Source: an uncultured Neomegalonema sp.
GTDB lineage: Bacteria; Pseudomonadota; Alphaproteobacteria; Rhodobacterales; Rhodobacteraceae
Direction: 5' to 3'
Length of the DNA: 64,000 bases
NCBI GenBank assembly: GCA_938034615.1
Contig: CALHLW010000066.1
Location: forward strand, 220 to 64,219
Of this stretch, positions 21,826 through 31,711 are shown in pieces. Made by a program: the position numbers and the translations under genes. Position 1 is the stretch's first letter. Each line of letters begins with the position of its first letter. Under the pieces are notes generated by a model that had not been told where the DNA came from, did not search any database, and saw only the letters and a program-made list of their open reading frames with translations.

Positions 21826-23343
21826 ATGACCGGCAAGAAGAAGGCGGCTATTGCCGCCGCGCCTGATCCCTCCGGGCCGGGAATAGTCAATGATCGCTTC
21901 GGTGTGATCGATATCGGCTCGAACTCTGTACGCTTCGTTGTCTTCGACAGTGCGATGCGCAGTCCCGCCTATTTCTTCAACGAAAAAGTCTATTGCGGTC
22001 TTGGTAGCGATATCGAGACGACAGGAGCTTTGCCGCCCGCAGGCAAGGCGAAAGCCTTGGCCACCCTGCGCCGCTTTGCTCTGCTAGCCAAGGCGCTGGA
22101 AGTACGCGAAGTCGTCACTGTCGCGACTGCCGCCATGCGCGATGCGTCTGACGGTGCCGCCTTTGCCGAAGAAATCGAGGCAGAGACCGGCCTGCGCATT
22201 CGGATCGTCAGCGGCAAGGACGAGGGCCGTTTTGCTGCGCTCGGCGTCTTGCTCGGAGATCGGCGTTCGGAAGGGATCGTCGTGGATATCGGCGGTGCAT
22301 CGATGGAACTTGCACTGGTGCAGGCCGGAGCCGTCCGCCAATGCACGACCACTCCGCTCGGCCCCTTGCGCCTGATGGAAACCGGCAAGACCGGTGATGA
22401 CCTTGCCGCGTATATCCGCGAGAGGATCGACGAGAACCTGCCCGATGGCACCCGCCCCGGCCTCGGCTTGACATTGGTGGGAGGCGGGTGGCGCGCTTTC
22501 GCTTCGCTTGTGATGCGACGCACGAAATATCCGCTGCGCGTACTCCATGGCTATGAATTCACCCATGAGCAGGCGCTGAAGACCTGTGACTGGTTGACGG
22601 GTCCGGACACCCCGGACCTCACGACCTATGGGCTGTCAAGAACCCGTGCCGAGAATGCGCCTTGGACTGCCCATGTCCTTCGCGCGGTAATCGAGCGGTT
22701 GGAACCGGCGAACTTTACCGTCTCGTCCTGTGGGTTACGCGAAGGGGTGCTCTACGAGAGCCTGACGCCCGCGATGCGCGGCGATGATCCCCTGACGCAA
22801 TCGGCGCGCATGATGGAGCAGATCGGAGGACGGTTTCCCGGTTTCGGCGCGGAACTCGATCTGTGGTGTCAGCCTGCCCTGCCGGAGATGCCCGAGCGTC
22901 TGCGTCTTGCTGCCTGCCTCTTGGCCGATGTAAACTGGCGCGTGCATCCTGATTATCGGGCCGATGCCTGCTTCACGACGGCCACGCAATCCAGCCTCGT
23001 CGGCCTGACCCATATCGAACGCATGACCCTCGCGGTCGCCCTCGCCTATCGGTACAAGGATGCGAAACAGACGGTCGAGCGCAATGGCGGTAGTGAAATC
23101 CTCGACAAGGAACAGCGCCGGATCGCTGAAGCGACGGGGCGGATCATCCGGTTGGGGGCGATGCTGACCGGAGCAACACCGGAGCTGCTGCACCAGTGTT
23201 CGCTGCGCCGGGATGCAGAGACCCTGACGCTGTCAATTCCCGCTGATCTTGATGCATTGGCGTCCGAAGCGGTAGAGCGGCGGCTCGCCACGGCAGCGTC
23301 ACTTCTCGGGCTGGCCCCGAAACTGGTGACGGGCGGCAAATAA
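21826..23343 (+). CDS. Ppx/GppA family phosphatase (exopolyphosphatase-like)
   Basis: FGVIDIGSNSVRFVVF, IVVDIGGASMELA and an HD-like C-terminal domain. Start taken at ATG 21826; GTG 21775 is also possible. Confidence 0.8.
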   Translation: MTGKKKAAIAAAPDPSGPGIVNDRFGVIDIGSNSVRFVVFDSAMRSPAYFFNEKVYCGLGSDIETTGALPPAGKAKALATLRRFALLAKALEVREVVTVATAAMRDASDGAAFAEEIEAETGLRIRIVSGKDEGRFAALGVLLGDRRSEGIVVDIGGASMELALVQAGAVRQCTTTPLGPLRLMETGKTGDDLAAYIRERIDENLPDGTRPGLGLTLVGGGWRAFASLVMRRTKYPLRVLHGYEFTHEQALKTCDWLTGPDTPDLTTYGLSRTRAENAPWTAHVLRAVIERLEPANFTVSSCGLREGVLYESLTPAMRGDDPLTQSARMMEQIGGRFPGFGAELDLWCQPALPEMPERLRLAACLLADVNWRVHPDYRADACFTTATQSSLVGLTHIERMTLAVALAYRYKDAKQTVERNGGSEILDKEQRRIAEATGRIIRLGAMLTGATPELLHQCSLRRDAETLTLSIPADLDALASEAVERRLATAASLLGLAPKLVTGGK

Positions 23344-24093
23344 CGAGACAGCGGCGGCGTTCGAGACGTTGAGCGAGGCGAAGTCTGCCGCTGACGGGAT
23401 GCGGGCGATGGCATCGCAAGTTTCCCGTGTGCGGTCGCGCAACCCCGGTCCTTCCGCACCCAAAACGAGGCCCAAAGGGGCCGATCCTGCCGTCCGTATC
23501 GCCTGCCCGATATCGTCCGTCGCCTCTCCGGCGAGGCCGATCATCACGTAGCCGTTTTTCTGCAATCCCTGCATCGTATCGGCGAGGTTTCGGACGCGCA
23601 GATAAGGCTGACGCTCCAGCGCGCCGCTGGCAGCCTTGGCCAATGCGCCACTTTCAGGTGCAGAATGGCGCGCGGGAGCGATGACGGCGGAGGCTCCAAA
23701 TACCTCTGAGGAGCGCAGAATAGCGCCGACGTTGTGGGGGTCGCTGACACGGTCGAGCAGTAGAACGACGCGCCCGTCTTCGGGGGGGCAAAGCGCCGCA
23801 ACGTCGCCCCAGTCAAGCGACTCCGTCTCCAGCGCCGCTCCCTGATGCACCGAGGCGGGGTCAAGTGGGGCGGAAAATCGGCGCGCATCGCAGAGTTCCG
23901 GTTCGATCCCTGCCGCTGCTATCGCGTCTTCGAGCTGGTTCGCGGCATTGCGCGTGAGGATCAGGCGATGCTTGCGGCGTCGCAAATTGCTCAGACCATC
24001 GCGCACCGCATGGATGCCAAACATCCAGTAGCGCCCATCCGCATCGCGGGGTGGCCCCTTGGGCTTTCGGTTGGGTCGTCGATCCTGCTGCAT
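23299..24093 (-). CDS. TrmH/SpoU family RNA 2'-O-methyltransferase (RlmB-like)
   Basis: 264 aa with SDPHNVGAILRSSEVFGA and LVLGAEGPGLR...ARIP. Convergent 45-nt overlap with the ppx-family gene. Confidence 0.75.
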   Translation of the reverse strand: MQQDRRPNRKPKGPPRDADGRYWMFGIHAVRDGLSNLRRRKHRLILTRNAANQLEDAIAAAGIEPELCDARRFSAPLDPASVHQGAALETESLDWGDVAALCPPEDGRVVLLLDRVSDPHNVGAILRSSEVFGASAVIAPARHSAPESGALAKAASGALERQPYLRVRNLADTMQGLQKNGYVMIGLAGEATDDIGQAIRTAGSAPLGLVLGAEGPGLRDRTRETCDAIARIPSAADFASLNVSNAAAVSLFAARHQFRGQPEK

Positions 24094-24202
24094 CGCGCGG
24101 TGTTAGACCGTGCTGCCCCTGCACGCAATGCAGCACTCGACAGACCCGCGTCCGAGCATGATAGACAGAGAGTACCCCGCCCCTCGAAAAAGCGAGCCTC
24201 CC

Positions 24203-25354
24203 ATGACCGCCGATGACATCCTCGCCAAGCTGATCTCGTTCGACACCGTTAGCAGGAACACGAACCTGCCGCTGATCGAATGGGTGGAGGAGTACCTGTC
24301 AGGCTTCGGCGTGGCATCGCACCGCGTCTATGACGAGACGGGCGAGAAGGCGAACCTGATCGCGACCATTGGACCGGAGGATGTGCCGGGAATCATCCTG
24401 TCGGGGCATACCGATGTGGTGCCGGTCGACGGACAGCCATGGAGCACCGATCCCTTCGAGGCGACCGTGATCGACGGAAAGATGTACGGGCGCGGCTCAT
24501 CGGACATGAAGGGTTTCTGCGCCTGCGTTCTCGGTGCCGTGCCAAAGATGGTCGAGGTGAACCTGACGACGCCACTGCATATCGTGTTCTCCTATGACGA
24601 GGAGGTCGGCTGTATCGGTGTGCGCGGGGCGATTGCGGAAATCGTGGACTGGCCAGTGAAGCCGCGGGCCTGCATCGTGGGGGAGCCGACGATGATGCAA
24701 GTCGTACTGGGCCACAAATCGAAGCGGTCGGTTCGAGTCACAGTGCGGGGGCGAACGGGCCATTCGTCACTCGCCCCGAACTACGTCAACGCAGTGGAAT
24801 ATGCCGCCCGCCTGACGGTGATGATCTCGGATATGGGCCAGGACTTTGCCGCAAATGGCGCAGCCGATCCGCTCTACGATGTGGAGCATACAACGGCGCA
24901 TGTGGGGATGCTGCATGGCGGGACGCAGCTTAACATCGTGCCGGACGAAACGATGTTCGATTTCGAGTTCCGGGCGATCCGCGAGGATAATTCCGATGCT
25001 CTGGTGGAGAAGGTGATCGCCTATGCGCGGGAGGAACTGGAACCGGCGATGAAGGCGGTTCACCCGCAGGCCGGATTCGAATTCGAAAACCTCTCCGGCG
25101 TCGATGGGCTGGACACCGAACCGGAGGCGGATGTTGTATCCTTCGCCAAATCGCTGGCCCAGCGGAACGACCATGCAAAGGTCGCCTACGGGACCGAGGG
25201 GGGGCTGTTTCAAACCATGGCCGATATCCCGACCGTCGTGATCGGACCGGGGGATATCGGGCGGGCACATAAGGCTGATGAGTATATCGGCCTTGATGAG
25301 ATCAAAGCGGGCAGCGCGTTCCTTGAACGATTGATCGACCGATGCTGCGCGTAA
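24203..25354 (+). CDS. argE: Acetylornithine deacetylase (M20 family)
   Basis: MTADDILAKLISFDTVS..., LSGHTDVVP, GRGSSDMKGF and YDEEVGC. Confidence 0.75.
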   Translation: MTADDILAKLISFDTVSRNTNLPLIEWVEEYLSGFGVASHRVYDETGEKANLIATIGPEDVPGIILSGHTDVVPVDGQPWSTDPFEATVIDGKMYGRGSSDMKGFCACVLGAVPKMVEVNLTTPLHIVFSYDEEVGCIGVRGAIAEIVDWPVKPRACIVGEPTMMQVVLGHKSKRSVRVTVRGRTGHSSLAPNYVNAVEYAARLTVMISDMGQDFAANGAADPLYDVEHTTAHVGMLHGGTQLNIVPDETMFDFEFRAIREDNSDALVEKVIAYAREELEPAMKAVHPQAGFEFENLSGVDGLDTEPEADVVSFAKSLAQRNDHAKVAYGTEGGLFQTMADIPTVVIGPGDIGRAHKADEYIGLDEIKAGSAFLERLIDRCCA

Positions 25355-25357
25355 CGG

Positions 25358-26458
25358 TCAGGGGGAAAGCGGCTCCGCATCATCATTGCGCGAAGCCAAA
25401 AAACTGCCAAACGTCCTGAGACTGGGAACATTGTCGCAGATGACTTTCACCAACACGAGGAATGGCACAGCCATCAATGCCCCGGCGATGCCCCAGAGCC
25501 AACCCCAGAAGACCACGGTGATGAAGACGGCGACGGTGTTCAATTCCAATCGTCGTCCAAGGACCATCGGCGTGACGAATTGCCCTTCGATGGTTGTGCA
25601 GGTGAAATAACCGACCATCGCGATTACCGTCGTTGCGATTGGGTCGACCGCGATCAACGTATAGATCCCGACGAGCAACACTCCAGCGATCGCACCCACA
25701 TAGGGCAAGAAGTTAAGCAGGAACGCGATCAGGCCCCAGACGTGAAATTCCGGCACACCGACCATGTAGAGAACCATCGAAACGGCAATACCGAGACCCG
25801 CATTGATGACGGTTATGGTCAGCAGATAGCGCGATACCTTGCGCTCGATATCGTAAATGACATTTAGCGCGCGCTTTTTGTCCTCGAACCGCGAGAAGGA
25901 GCGCACAATTTTCGAATAGAAGAGATCGTTCGATGACAGCAAAAAGATCGATAGGACAAGAGCCACGGCGAGCGACGCGCCAGCGTTCACCGCACTGCTG
26001 ACCGCGTAGTTCAACAAGCCCGGCTGTTCGATGACGACCTTCTGAACATCGTCGGACCCGGTCGCTTCCGCGATCTTCTGCATCTCCTCCGACGCATCCT
26101 TCATCGCCTCGACGGATTCCGAAAGCGTCTTCAGTTTCACCCGCAATTCGTAACCGATATTGGGGGCATCGGCGAGCATACTGGAGACGGGCGTACTGAC
26201 GGCGTAAACGATTAATGCCACCCCGAAGGCGAGGGATATGACGAGCAAGACGGATGTAATCGCCGGAGGAATACCGGCCCGCCGCATTCCGCGTACTATG
26301 GGACTGAGTGTCAGCGAAATCAGGATGCCAAGGACAATGGGTAGCAGCACTTCCTTGGCAAAATAGGTCGCGAGGACGGCAAGGATGAACAGGATGCCTC
26401 CCAGCAGCATCTCGATCTTTGCGGTATCGCGAACGGGATGCGATGTATCGTCTTTCAC
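25358..26458 (-). CDS. AI-2E family transporter (PerM/UPF0118)
   Basis: 366 aa, 7-8 TM, with the NFLPYVGA and ELNTVAVFITVVFWGWLWG segments typical of the family. Confidence 0.75.
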   Translation of the reverse strand: MKDDTSHPVRDTAKIEMLLGGILFILAVLATYFAKEVLLPIVLGILISLTLSPIVRGMRRAGIPPAITSVLLVISLAFGVALIVYAVSTPVSSMLADAPNIGYELRVKLKTLSESVEAMKDASEEMQKIAEATGSDDVQKVVIEQPGLLNYAVSSAVNAGASLAVALVLSIFLLSSNDLFYSKIVRSFSRFEDKKRALNVIYDIERKVSRYLLTITVINAGLGIAVSMVLYMVGVPEFHVWGLIAFLLNFLPYVGAIAGVLLVGIYTLIAVDPIATTVIAMVGYFTCTTIEGQFVTPMVLGRRLELNTVAVFITVVFWGWLWGIAGALMAVPFLVLVKVICDNVPSLRTFGSFLASRNDDAEPLSP

Positions 26459-26483
26459 GGTTCATGCCTTGCAACATTTATCA

Positions 26484-27446
26484 TCACGGCTTCTCGCCAA
26501 GTTCGTCCGCCTTGGTGGCACCGCGTTGCCCCATGGGGCGCGGCACACCGACCGTGCTGTCTTTGCGGGTTTGCGCCTCCATCTCGGCGTCGAATTCGGC
26601 TCCGAGCAAGACAATGAAAGCCGAGAGCCACATCCATAGCAGCAGGACAATCACACCACCGAGGGTGCCAAAGGTTTCGTTGTACGAGCCGAAATTGCCG
26701 ACATAGAAGCTGAACCCGAAGGTTCCGACGATCCAGAGTGCACAGGCTAGGGCGGCACCGGGTGTGACCCATCGCCATTTCGGCGGGTTTCGACTTGGCC
26801 CCCAACGGTAAAGGACGGCCAACGCGAAGATCATGACCGCCGTGAGGATCGGCCAGCGCAGGACGAGGACGATGTCTTCGGCCAGAACTCCGAGGCGGAC
26901 AAAGTCGAGAATGACGGGCAGAGCGATGATCGTGGCGACGGTAAGGATAAGGATGCCGATCAGGAAGATCGTCAGTACAATGGTCATCCCGAAAACGGTG
27001 AGGAATTTGCGCTTTTCTTTCTCCTCATAGGCGACGTTCAGACCAGTCACGATGCTCGCAACACCGCGAGAGCTGGAATATAGCGCGGTCCCGAGGCCGA
27101 TAATTGCGGCGAGGCCGAGACCCGCTTCATCCGATCCGGCGACGGCCTTTGCTTGATCGATGATGATCTGCGCGGCATCCGTCGGCAGGATCGCCACGAG
27201 TTCCTGTATCTGACCTGCAACCGTACCCGGCTCCAACCAGAGCCCACCGATGGCCATGAGTGCGGCAATGCCGGGGAAGAGACCCATCAACCCGTAGAAG
27301 GCGACCCCAGCGGCGATCAGGCTGATATTATCGTTCATGACACGCTCGTAGACGCGCCAAACGATGTCCCGCCACCCGATTGGAGGTATCTCAAGTGGCG
27401 TGTCCGCCCGTCGTCCCCGTTGCGGCGTTTCGGCAGGTGCGTCCAT
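26484..27446 (-). CDS. YihY/BrkB (virulence factor BrkB) family membrane protein
   Basis: 320 aa with ISLIAAGVAFYGLMGLFPG and SYNETFGTLGGVIVLLLWMWLSAFIVLLGAE. Confidence 0.8.
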   Translation of the reverse strand: MDAPAETPQRGRRADTPLEIPPIGWRDIVWRVYERVMNDNISLIAAGVAFYGLMGLFPGIAALMAIGGLWLEPGTVAGQIQELVAILPTDAAQIIIDQAKAVAGSDEAGLGLAAIIGLGTALYSSSRGVASIVTGLNVAYEEKEKRKFLTVFGMTIVLTIFLIGILILTVATIIALPVILDFVRLGVLAEDIVLVLRWPILTAVMIFALAVLYRWGPSRNPPKWRWVTPGAALACALWIVGTFGFSFYVGNFGSYNETFGTLGGVIVLLLWMWLSAFIVLLGAEFDAEMEAQTRKDSTVGVPRPMGQRGATKADELGEKP

Positions 27447-27558
27447 TTGTCATTCCCGATTGCGTTACTCGCTCAATGAGCGGGGGTCGTGATGGTTCCG
27501 TCCGACCATCCGTTTGTCAGAATGATCGCTTCGGGATACGACGAGTGCCCGCCCTCCA

Positions 27559-28506
27559 ATGTGGAAGACTCCCATGCTCCAAATCCTCGGCATCGTCGCG
27601 CCGGTCTTCCTCGTGGTCATGCTCGGCTATGGGGCTGCGCGCTTCGGGGCCGTCAGTGATGACGAGGTGGATACGATGCTGCGCTTTACCACGCGGTTCG
27701 CGGTGACGGCGCTGCTGTTTCGAGCGTCAGCAACCCTCGACATGGGTCAGGCGCTCGATCCGGCGATGCTGACAGCCTATTATCTGCCTGCCTTCGCGGT
27801 CTTCGGCGTCGGTATCTTCGCCGCGCGCAGGGCATTTGGACAAAGACCGGGAGAGGCGGTGGCGTCAGGGTTCACGGCGTTATTCGCGAACTCGCTGTTC
27901 CTCGGACTGCCGATCATCGAACGGGCCTACGGAGCAGAGGCCCTTCCCGTCGCTCTGGCGATCATCGCCTTCCATGCGCCAGCCATGTACCTCGTCGGAA
28001 TCGTCACGATGGAGGGCACGGCGCGAGACGGGGGCGGATTGGTGGCAGGGCTTGGCAAGGTCGCGCGTAGCCTGAGCCGAAATCCGATGGTGGTATCGGT
28101 GGCGGCAGGGTTGGCGTGGAACGTATCGGGCCTCCCCCTGCCTGACGCGGCGGAAGAGGCGATGCGCTTACTGGCCGGAGCTGCTCTACCGTTGGGCATG
28201 TTCGGCATCGGGGCGACGCTAAACCGCTACAAGTTCGGCGGCAATCTGGTCGAGACGGGGTTCTTCTCGGCGCTTTCGTTGATCTTCAGACCGTTGATGG
28301 TGGCGGTGTTGGCATTCTGGGTGTTTGATCTCGATCCGCTGGTCGCCAAGGTGACAATCATCATGGGGGCTATGCCGGGGGGCATCAATATCTACCTGTT
28401 CGCGACGATGTACAAACGCTCGGAAGCGCTGGCCGCGAACGTGGTACTGGTCGGAACGGTTGCCGCCATCGTGACCTCCACGCTATGGCTCGCGGCTTTG
28501 GGTTAA
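27559..28506 (+). CDS. AEC family transporter (auxin efflux carrier-like)
   Basis: 315 aa, about 10 TM, N-terminus ILGIVAPVFLVVMLGY. Alternative ATG at 27574. Confidence 0.75.
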   Translation: MWKTPMLQILGIVAPVFLVVMLGYGAARFGAVSDDEVDTMLRFTTRFAVTALLFRASATLDMGQALDPAMLTAYYLPAFAVFGVGIFAARRAFGQRPGEAVASGFTALFANSLFLGLPIIERAYGAEALPVALAIIAFHAPAMYLVGIVTMEGTARDGGGLVAGLGKVARSLSRNPMVVSVAAGLAWNVSGLPLPDAAEEAMRLLAGAALPLGMFGIGATLNRYKFGGNLVETGFFSALSLIFRPLMVAVLAFWVFDLDPLVAKVTIIMGAMPGGINIYLFATMYKRSEALAANVVLVGTVAAIVTSTLWLAALG

Positions 28507-28519
28507 AGGAGAGAACGAC

Positions 28520-28867
28520 ATGACTATCCAGCGTATCGAACCGGGCATTCGCAGCACACCGGCGGTCATCCATAACGGCACGATCTATCTTTCCGGTCAG
28601 GTAGGCGATCCCGACGGCGATATTCAGGCGCAGACGCGGGACGTGCTGGCCAAGATCGAAGTGTTGCTGGAAAAGGCGGGATCGTCGAAGGAGCATCTGC
28701 TTATGGCGACGGTCTGGTTGGCCGACATAAACGATTTCGCTGAGATGAACGAGGTCTGGAATGCATGGGTCGTTCCCGGCAAGCCTCCGGCCCGCTGCTG
28801 CGGCGAGGCAAAACTGGCCCGTGCTGCCCTGAAGGTCGAAATCATGATCGTCGCGGCGGTCGCGTGA
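28520..28867 (+). CDS. RidA/YjgF family protein (copy 1)
   Basis: 115 aa with TIYLSGQVG and PARCCGEAKLA...EIMIVAAVA. Confidence 0.8.
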   Translation: MTIQRIEPGIRSTPAVIHNGTIYLSGQVGDPDGDIQAQTRDVLAKIEVLLEKAGSSKEHLLMATVWLADINDFAEMNEVWNAWVVPGKPPARCCGEAKLARAALKVEIMIVAAVA

Positions 28868-28924
28868 CGGGATAGCGTTTCGCTGCTAGCCTTCGGGTGA
28901 ATTCAAACTCAAAGGAGCGCCCCC

Positions 28925-29278
28925 ATGAGCAAGATCACCCGAGTCGATCCCGGCAAACGCATGAGCCAATCCGTCACCCATGGAGGGACGGTCTATCTTT
29001 CCGGTCAGGTCGGTGATCCGGCGAGCGATCTTCAGGGCCAGACCCGCGAGGTCTTGGCCAAGATCGACGCGCTGCTGGAGGGGGCCGGATCATCGAAATC
29101 GCACCTCCTGATGGCGACGATCTGGCTGTCCGATATGAGCTACTTCGCGGCCATGAACGAGGTCTGGGAAGGTTGGATCGTGCCCGGCGCGCCGCCCGCC
29201 CGTTGCTGCGGCGAGGCAAAACTGGCCACGCCCGAACTGCTTGTCGAAATCATGATCGTCGCGGCGGTCGCCGAATAA
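28925..29278 (+). CDS. RidA/YjgF family protein (copy 2, tandem paralogue)
   Basis: 117 aa, roughly 70% identical by eye to copy 1. Shares exact nucleotide runs with it near the 3' end. Confidence 0.8.
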   Translation: MSKITRVDPGKRMSQSVTHGGTVYLSGQVGDPASDLQGQTREVLAKIDALLEGAGSSKSHLLMATIWLSDMSYFAAMNEVWEGWIVPGAPPARCCGEAKLATPELLVEIMIVAAVAE

Positions 29279-29293
29279 GGGAAGACACGCACC

Positions 29294-30664
29294 ATGCTGA
29301 CGAATGACCAGCTTGCCGAATGGGATCGGGAAAATTTCTTCCATTCCTCGACCCACCTCGCCCAACATGCGCGGGGGGAGACCGACACGCGGGTCATCAC
29401 ATCGGGCAGCGGCGTCTACATCACCGACCGTGATGGACGCCGGATGCTCGATGCTTTTGCGGGTCTCTACTGCGTCAATGTCGGCTATGGGCGGACGGAG
29501 ATCGCGGAGGCCATCGCGAAACAGGCGCATGAGCTGGCCTATTACCATTCCTATGTCGGGCATGGGACCGAGGCGTCGATCACGCTGGCAAAGATGATCC
29601 TCGACCGCGCACCAGCCACTATGTCGAAGGTGTATTTCGGCCAGAGCGGTTCGGATGCGAACGAGACGAACATCAAGCTGGTCTGGTATTACAACAACAT
29701 CCTCGGACGCCCTGAAAAGAAGAAGATCATCTCGCGTTGGCGCGGCTATCACGGGTCGGGACTGATGACCGGCTCGCTGACGGGGCTGGAACTGTTCCAC
29801 AAGAAATTCGATTTGCCGCTGACGCAGGTACTCCACACCGATGCCCCCCATACCTTGCGCAGTGGGGTCGAGGGGATGTCGGATGAGGCGTTCTCGGCCC
29901 GATGCGCCGAAAGGCTGGAGGCGATGATCCTTGCAGAAGGGCCGGGTACCGTCGCGGCGTTCATCGGCGAGCCAATCCTTGGGACGGGTGGCATCATTCC
30001 GCCGCCCGCCGGATACTGGACCGCGATACAGGCGGTGCTGAAGAAATACGATATCCTGCTGATCGCGGATGAGGTGGTCACGGGGTTCGGGCGGCTGGGG
30101 ACGATGTTCGGCTCGGATCATTACGGGATGCAGGCGGATATCATCACCATCGCCAAGGGCCTGACCTCGGCCTATGCACCGCTATCGGGGTCCATCGTAT
30201 CGGATCGGGTCTGGCAAGTTCTGGCGGATGGCACCGACGAGAACGGCCCTATTGGCCACGGCTGGACCTACTCGGCCCACCCAATCGGAGCCGCCGCCGG
30301 GGTCGCCAACCTCAAGCTGATCGACAAGATGGGATTGGTCCAGAATTCGGGGGCGGCAGGGGCCTATCTGCTCGCGGCATTGCGCACGGCGTTCGACGAC
30401 CATACGCATGTCGCGGAAGTTCGGGGCGAAGGGCTGCTCTGTGCCGTGGAATTCGCGGAGGAACGCTCGCCTCTGAAATTCTTTGACCCCACCCGCAAGA
30501 TCGGCCCGGCCATCGCCGCCGCAATGGCCCGGCGTGACGTGATCGCCCGAGCAATGCCCCAGGGCGATATCATCGGCTTCGCTCCGCCGCTCTGCATAAC
30601 CGAAGCGGAAATCGATACGGTGGTCAGCGCGGCGCGCGAAGCGGTGGACGAGGTGCTGGGCTGA
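29294..30664 (+). CDS. Class III (omega) aminotransferase, PLP-dependent
   Basis: 456 aa with [21 protein letters not shown] and the TIAKGLTS Lys motif. Confidence 0.85.
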   Translation: MLTNDQLAEWDRENFFHSSTHLAQHARGETDTRVITSGSGVYITDRDGRRMLDAFAGLYCVNVGYGRTEIAEAIAKQAHELAYYHSYVGHGTEASITLAKMILDRAPATMSKVYFGQSGSDANETNIKLVWYYNNILGRPEKKKIISRWRGYHGSGLMTGSLTGLELFHKKFDLPLTQVLHTDAPHTLRSGVEGMSDEAFSARCAERLEAMILAEGPGTVAAFIGEPILGTGGIIPPPAGYWTAIQAVLKKYDILLIADEVVTGFGRLGTMFGSDHYGMQADIITIAKGLTSAYAPLSGSIVSDRVWQVLADGTDENGPIGHGWTYSAHPIGAAAGVANLKLIDKMGLVQNSGAAGAYLLAALRTAFDDHTHVAEVRGEGLLCAVEFAEERSPLKFFDPTRKIGPAIAAAMARRDVIARAMPQGDIIGFAPPLCITEAEIDTVVSAAREAVDEVLG

Positions 30665-31364
30665 CCGAACCGACCGCCGGACAGGCCAGCACGTCCTGCA
30701 AGGCGGCGACCAGATCATCGGTGGATTGGGCATACGCATACGTGCCGCCCGTCCTGTCCGCCATACAGCGGGCGACGATGCGGGTATTGCGCGTGTCGTC
30801 CGCTCCGAAACTCTGCCACTCGAACGACGATATCAGCGTCTTGAACCCGATCACATGCACCGTCAGGTCCGGGTCATTCCGCATGAATTCAGTTGCCAGA
30901 CGGCACGGGTCGCCGCCGCATGTTTCGCGCCCGTCCGTGACGAGCACGACCGCCCCCGGCCCCTCGCGCTCGCGCAGCACCGATGCGGCCCGCGACACCG
31001 CTTGCGTCAGAGGCGTATCCCCATCAGGAACCACCCCATCGAGTTCCCCCATAATCCGCCCCGCCGCATCGGGCATCGGGGTCATCCGCAAGTCGATATG
31101 CCCGCACACATCCTGCCGCCCCGGCCCGTAGACGATGAGACCGATATCCCGAAACGGCGCCGCCTGCGGCAAGACCCGACGCAAGGCAAGCCGCGCCTCA
31201 TCGATCCGCGATAACCCGCTGCTGTCATTCCCGATATTCAACATCGACCGCGATCCGTCGAAGACTAGCATGGCATCGTCGCGGCAGCCGTTGGCATCTG
31301 CCGGCGACGCCACCAGTAAAAGGGATGAAAGGATCGCACACTGAAAGGCAGCTTTGAAAATCAT
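30624..31364 (-). CDS. Secreted von Willebrand factor type A (VWA) domain protein
   Basis: Signal peptide [29 protein letters not shown] motif VFDGSRSM, and ...DGDTPL...VLVTDGRE. Start taken at ATG 31364; the track uses TTG 31385. Its 3' end overlaps the aminotransferase by 41 nt. Confidence 0.7.
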   Translation of the reverse strand: MIFKAAFQCAILSSLLLVASPADANGCRDDAMLVFDGSRSMLNIGNDSSGLSRIDEARLALRRVLPQAAPFRDIGLIVYGPGRQDVCGHIDLRMTPMPDAAGRIMGELDGVVPDGDTPLTQAVSRAASVLREREGPGAVVLVTDGRETCGGDPCRLATEFMRNDPDLTVHVIGFKTLISSFEWQSFGADDTRNTRIVARCMADRTGGTYAYAQSTDDLVAALQDVLACPAVGSVSPAPRPPLRAPR

Positions 31365-31659
31365 GGCATGAGGATAGACCGGCAAGTTGCTGAAACACCA
31401 ACTTTTAACTGATCATACGATCGTGTCGGAGAACGGTTCCGCTACAACCTGATTATCGTCCTCGTAGATAATGTAAACCGATGCGGTCAGATCGTAGGGT
31501 TTCGATCCAATATCCATGTTCATGGAGTAAAGCGATCAGATCGGCCCCTTCCGTGCTTTCATTCCCTTGATCGTAGTAGTCGTCACGAACCTTACGAACA
31601 TGCGACCGCCTGTTACTATTGGACAATCTTCTGGAGGCAGTACGATACCGGGCAGAGTT

Positions 31660-31691
31660 AAAAAAGGGGCACCGACCGGCACCCCCTTTTC
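31660..31691 (-). terminator. Intrinsic terminator downstream of the GMC oxidoreductase operon
   Basis: Plus strand reads aaaaaaGGGGcaCCgaccGGcaCCCCctttt. This is an imperfect GC hairpin with a 2x2 internal loop. On the minus strand it is followed by TTTTTT, 20 nt after the stop at 31712. Confidence 0.55.
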
Positions 31692-31711
31692 CTTCGCATA
31701 TTGGACCTCGA

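Noticed and set aside
31480-31505. tRNA-like T-arm string gggtttcgatcc
   Set aside because: The flanking bases cannot form a T-stem, acceptor stem or anticodon arm. I found no other tRNA-like or rRNA-like sequence in any intergenic gap.
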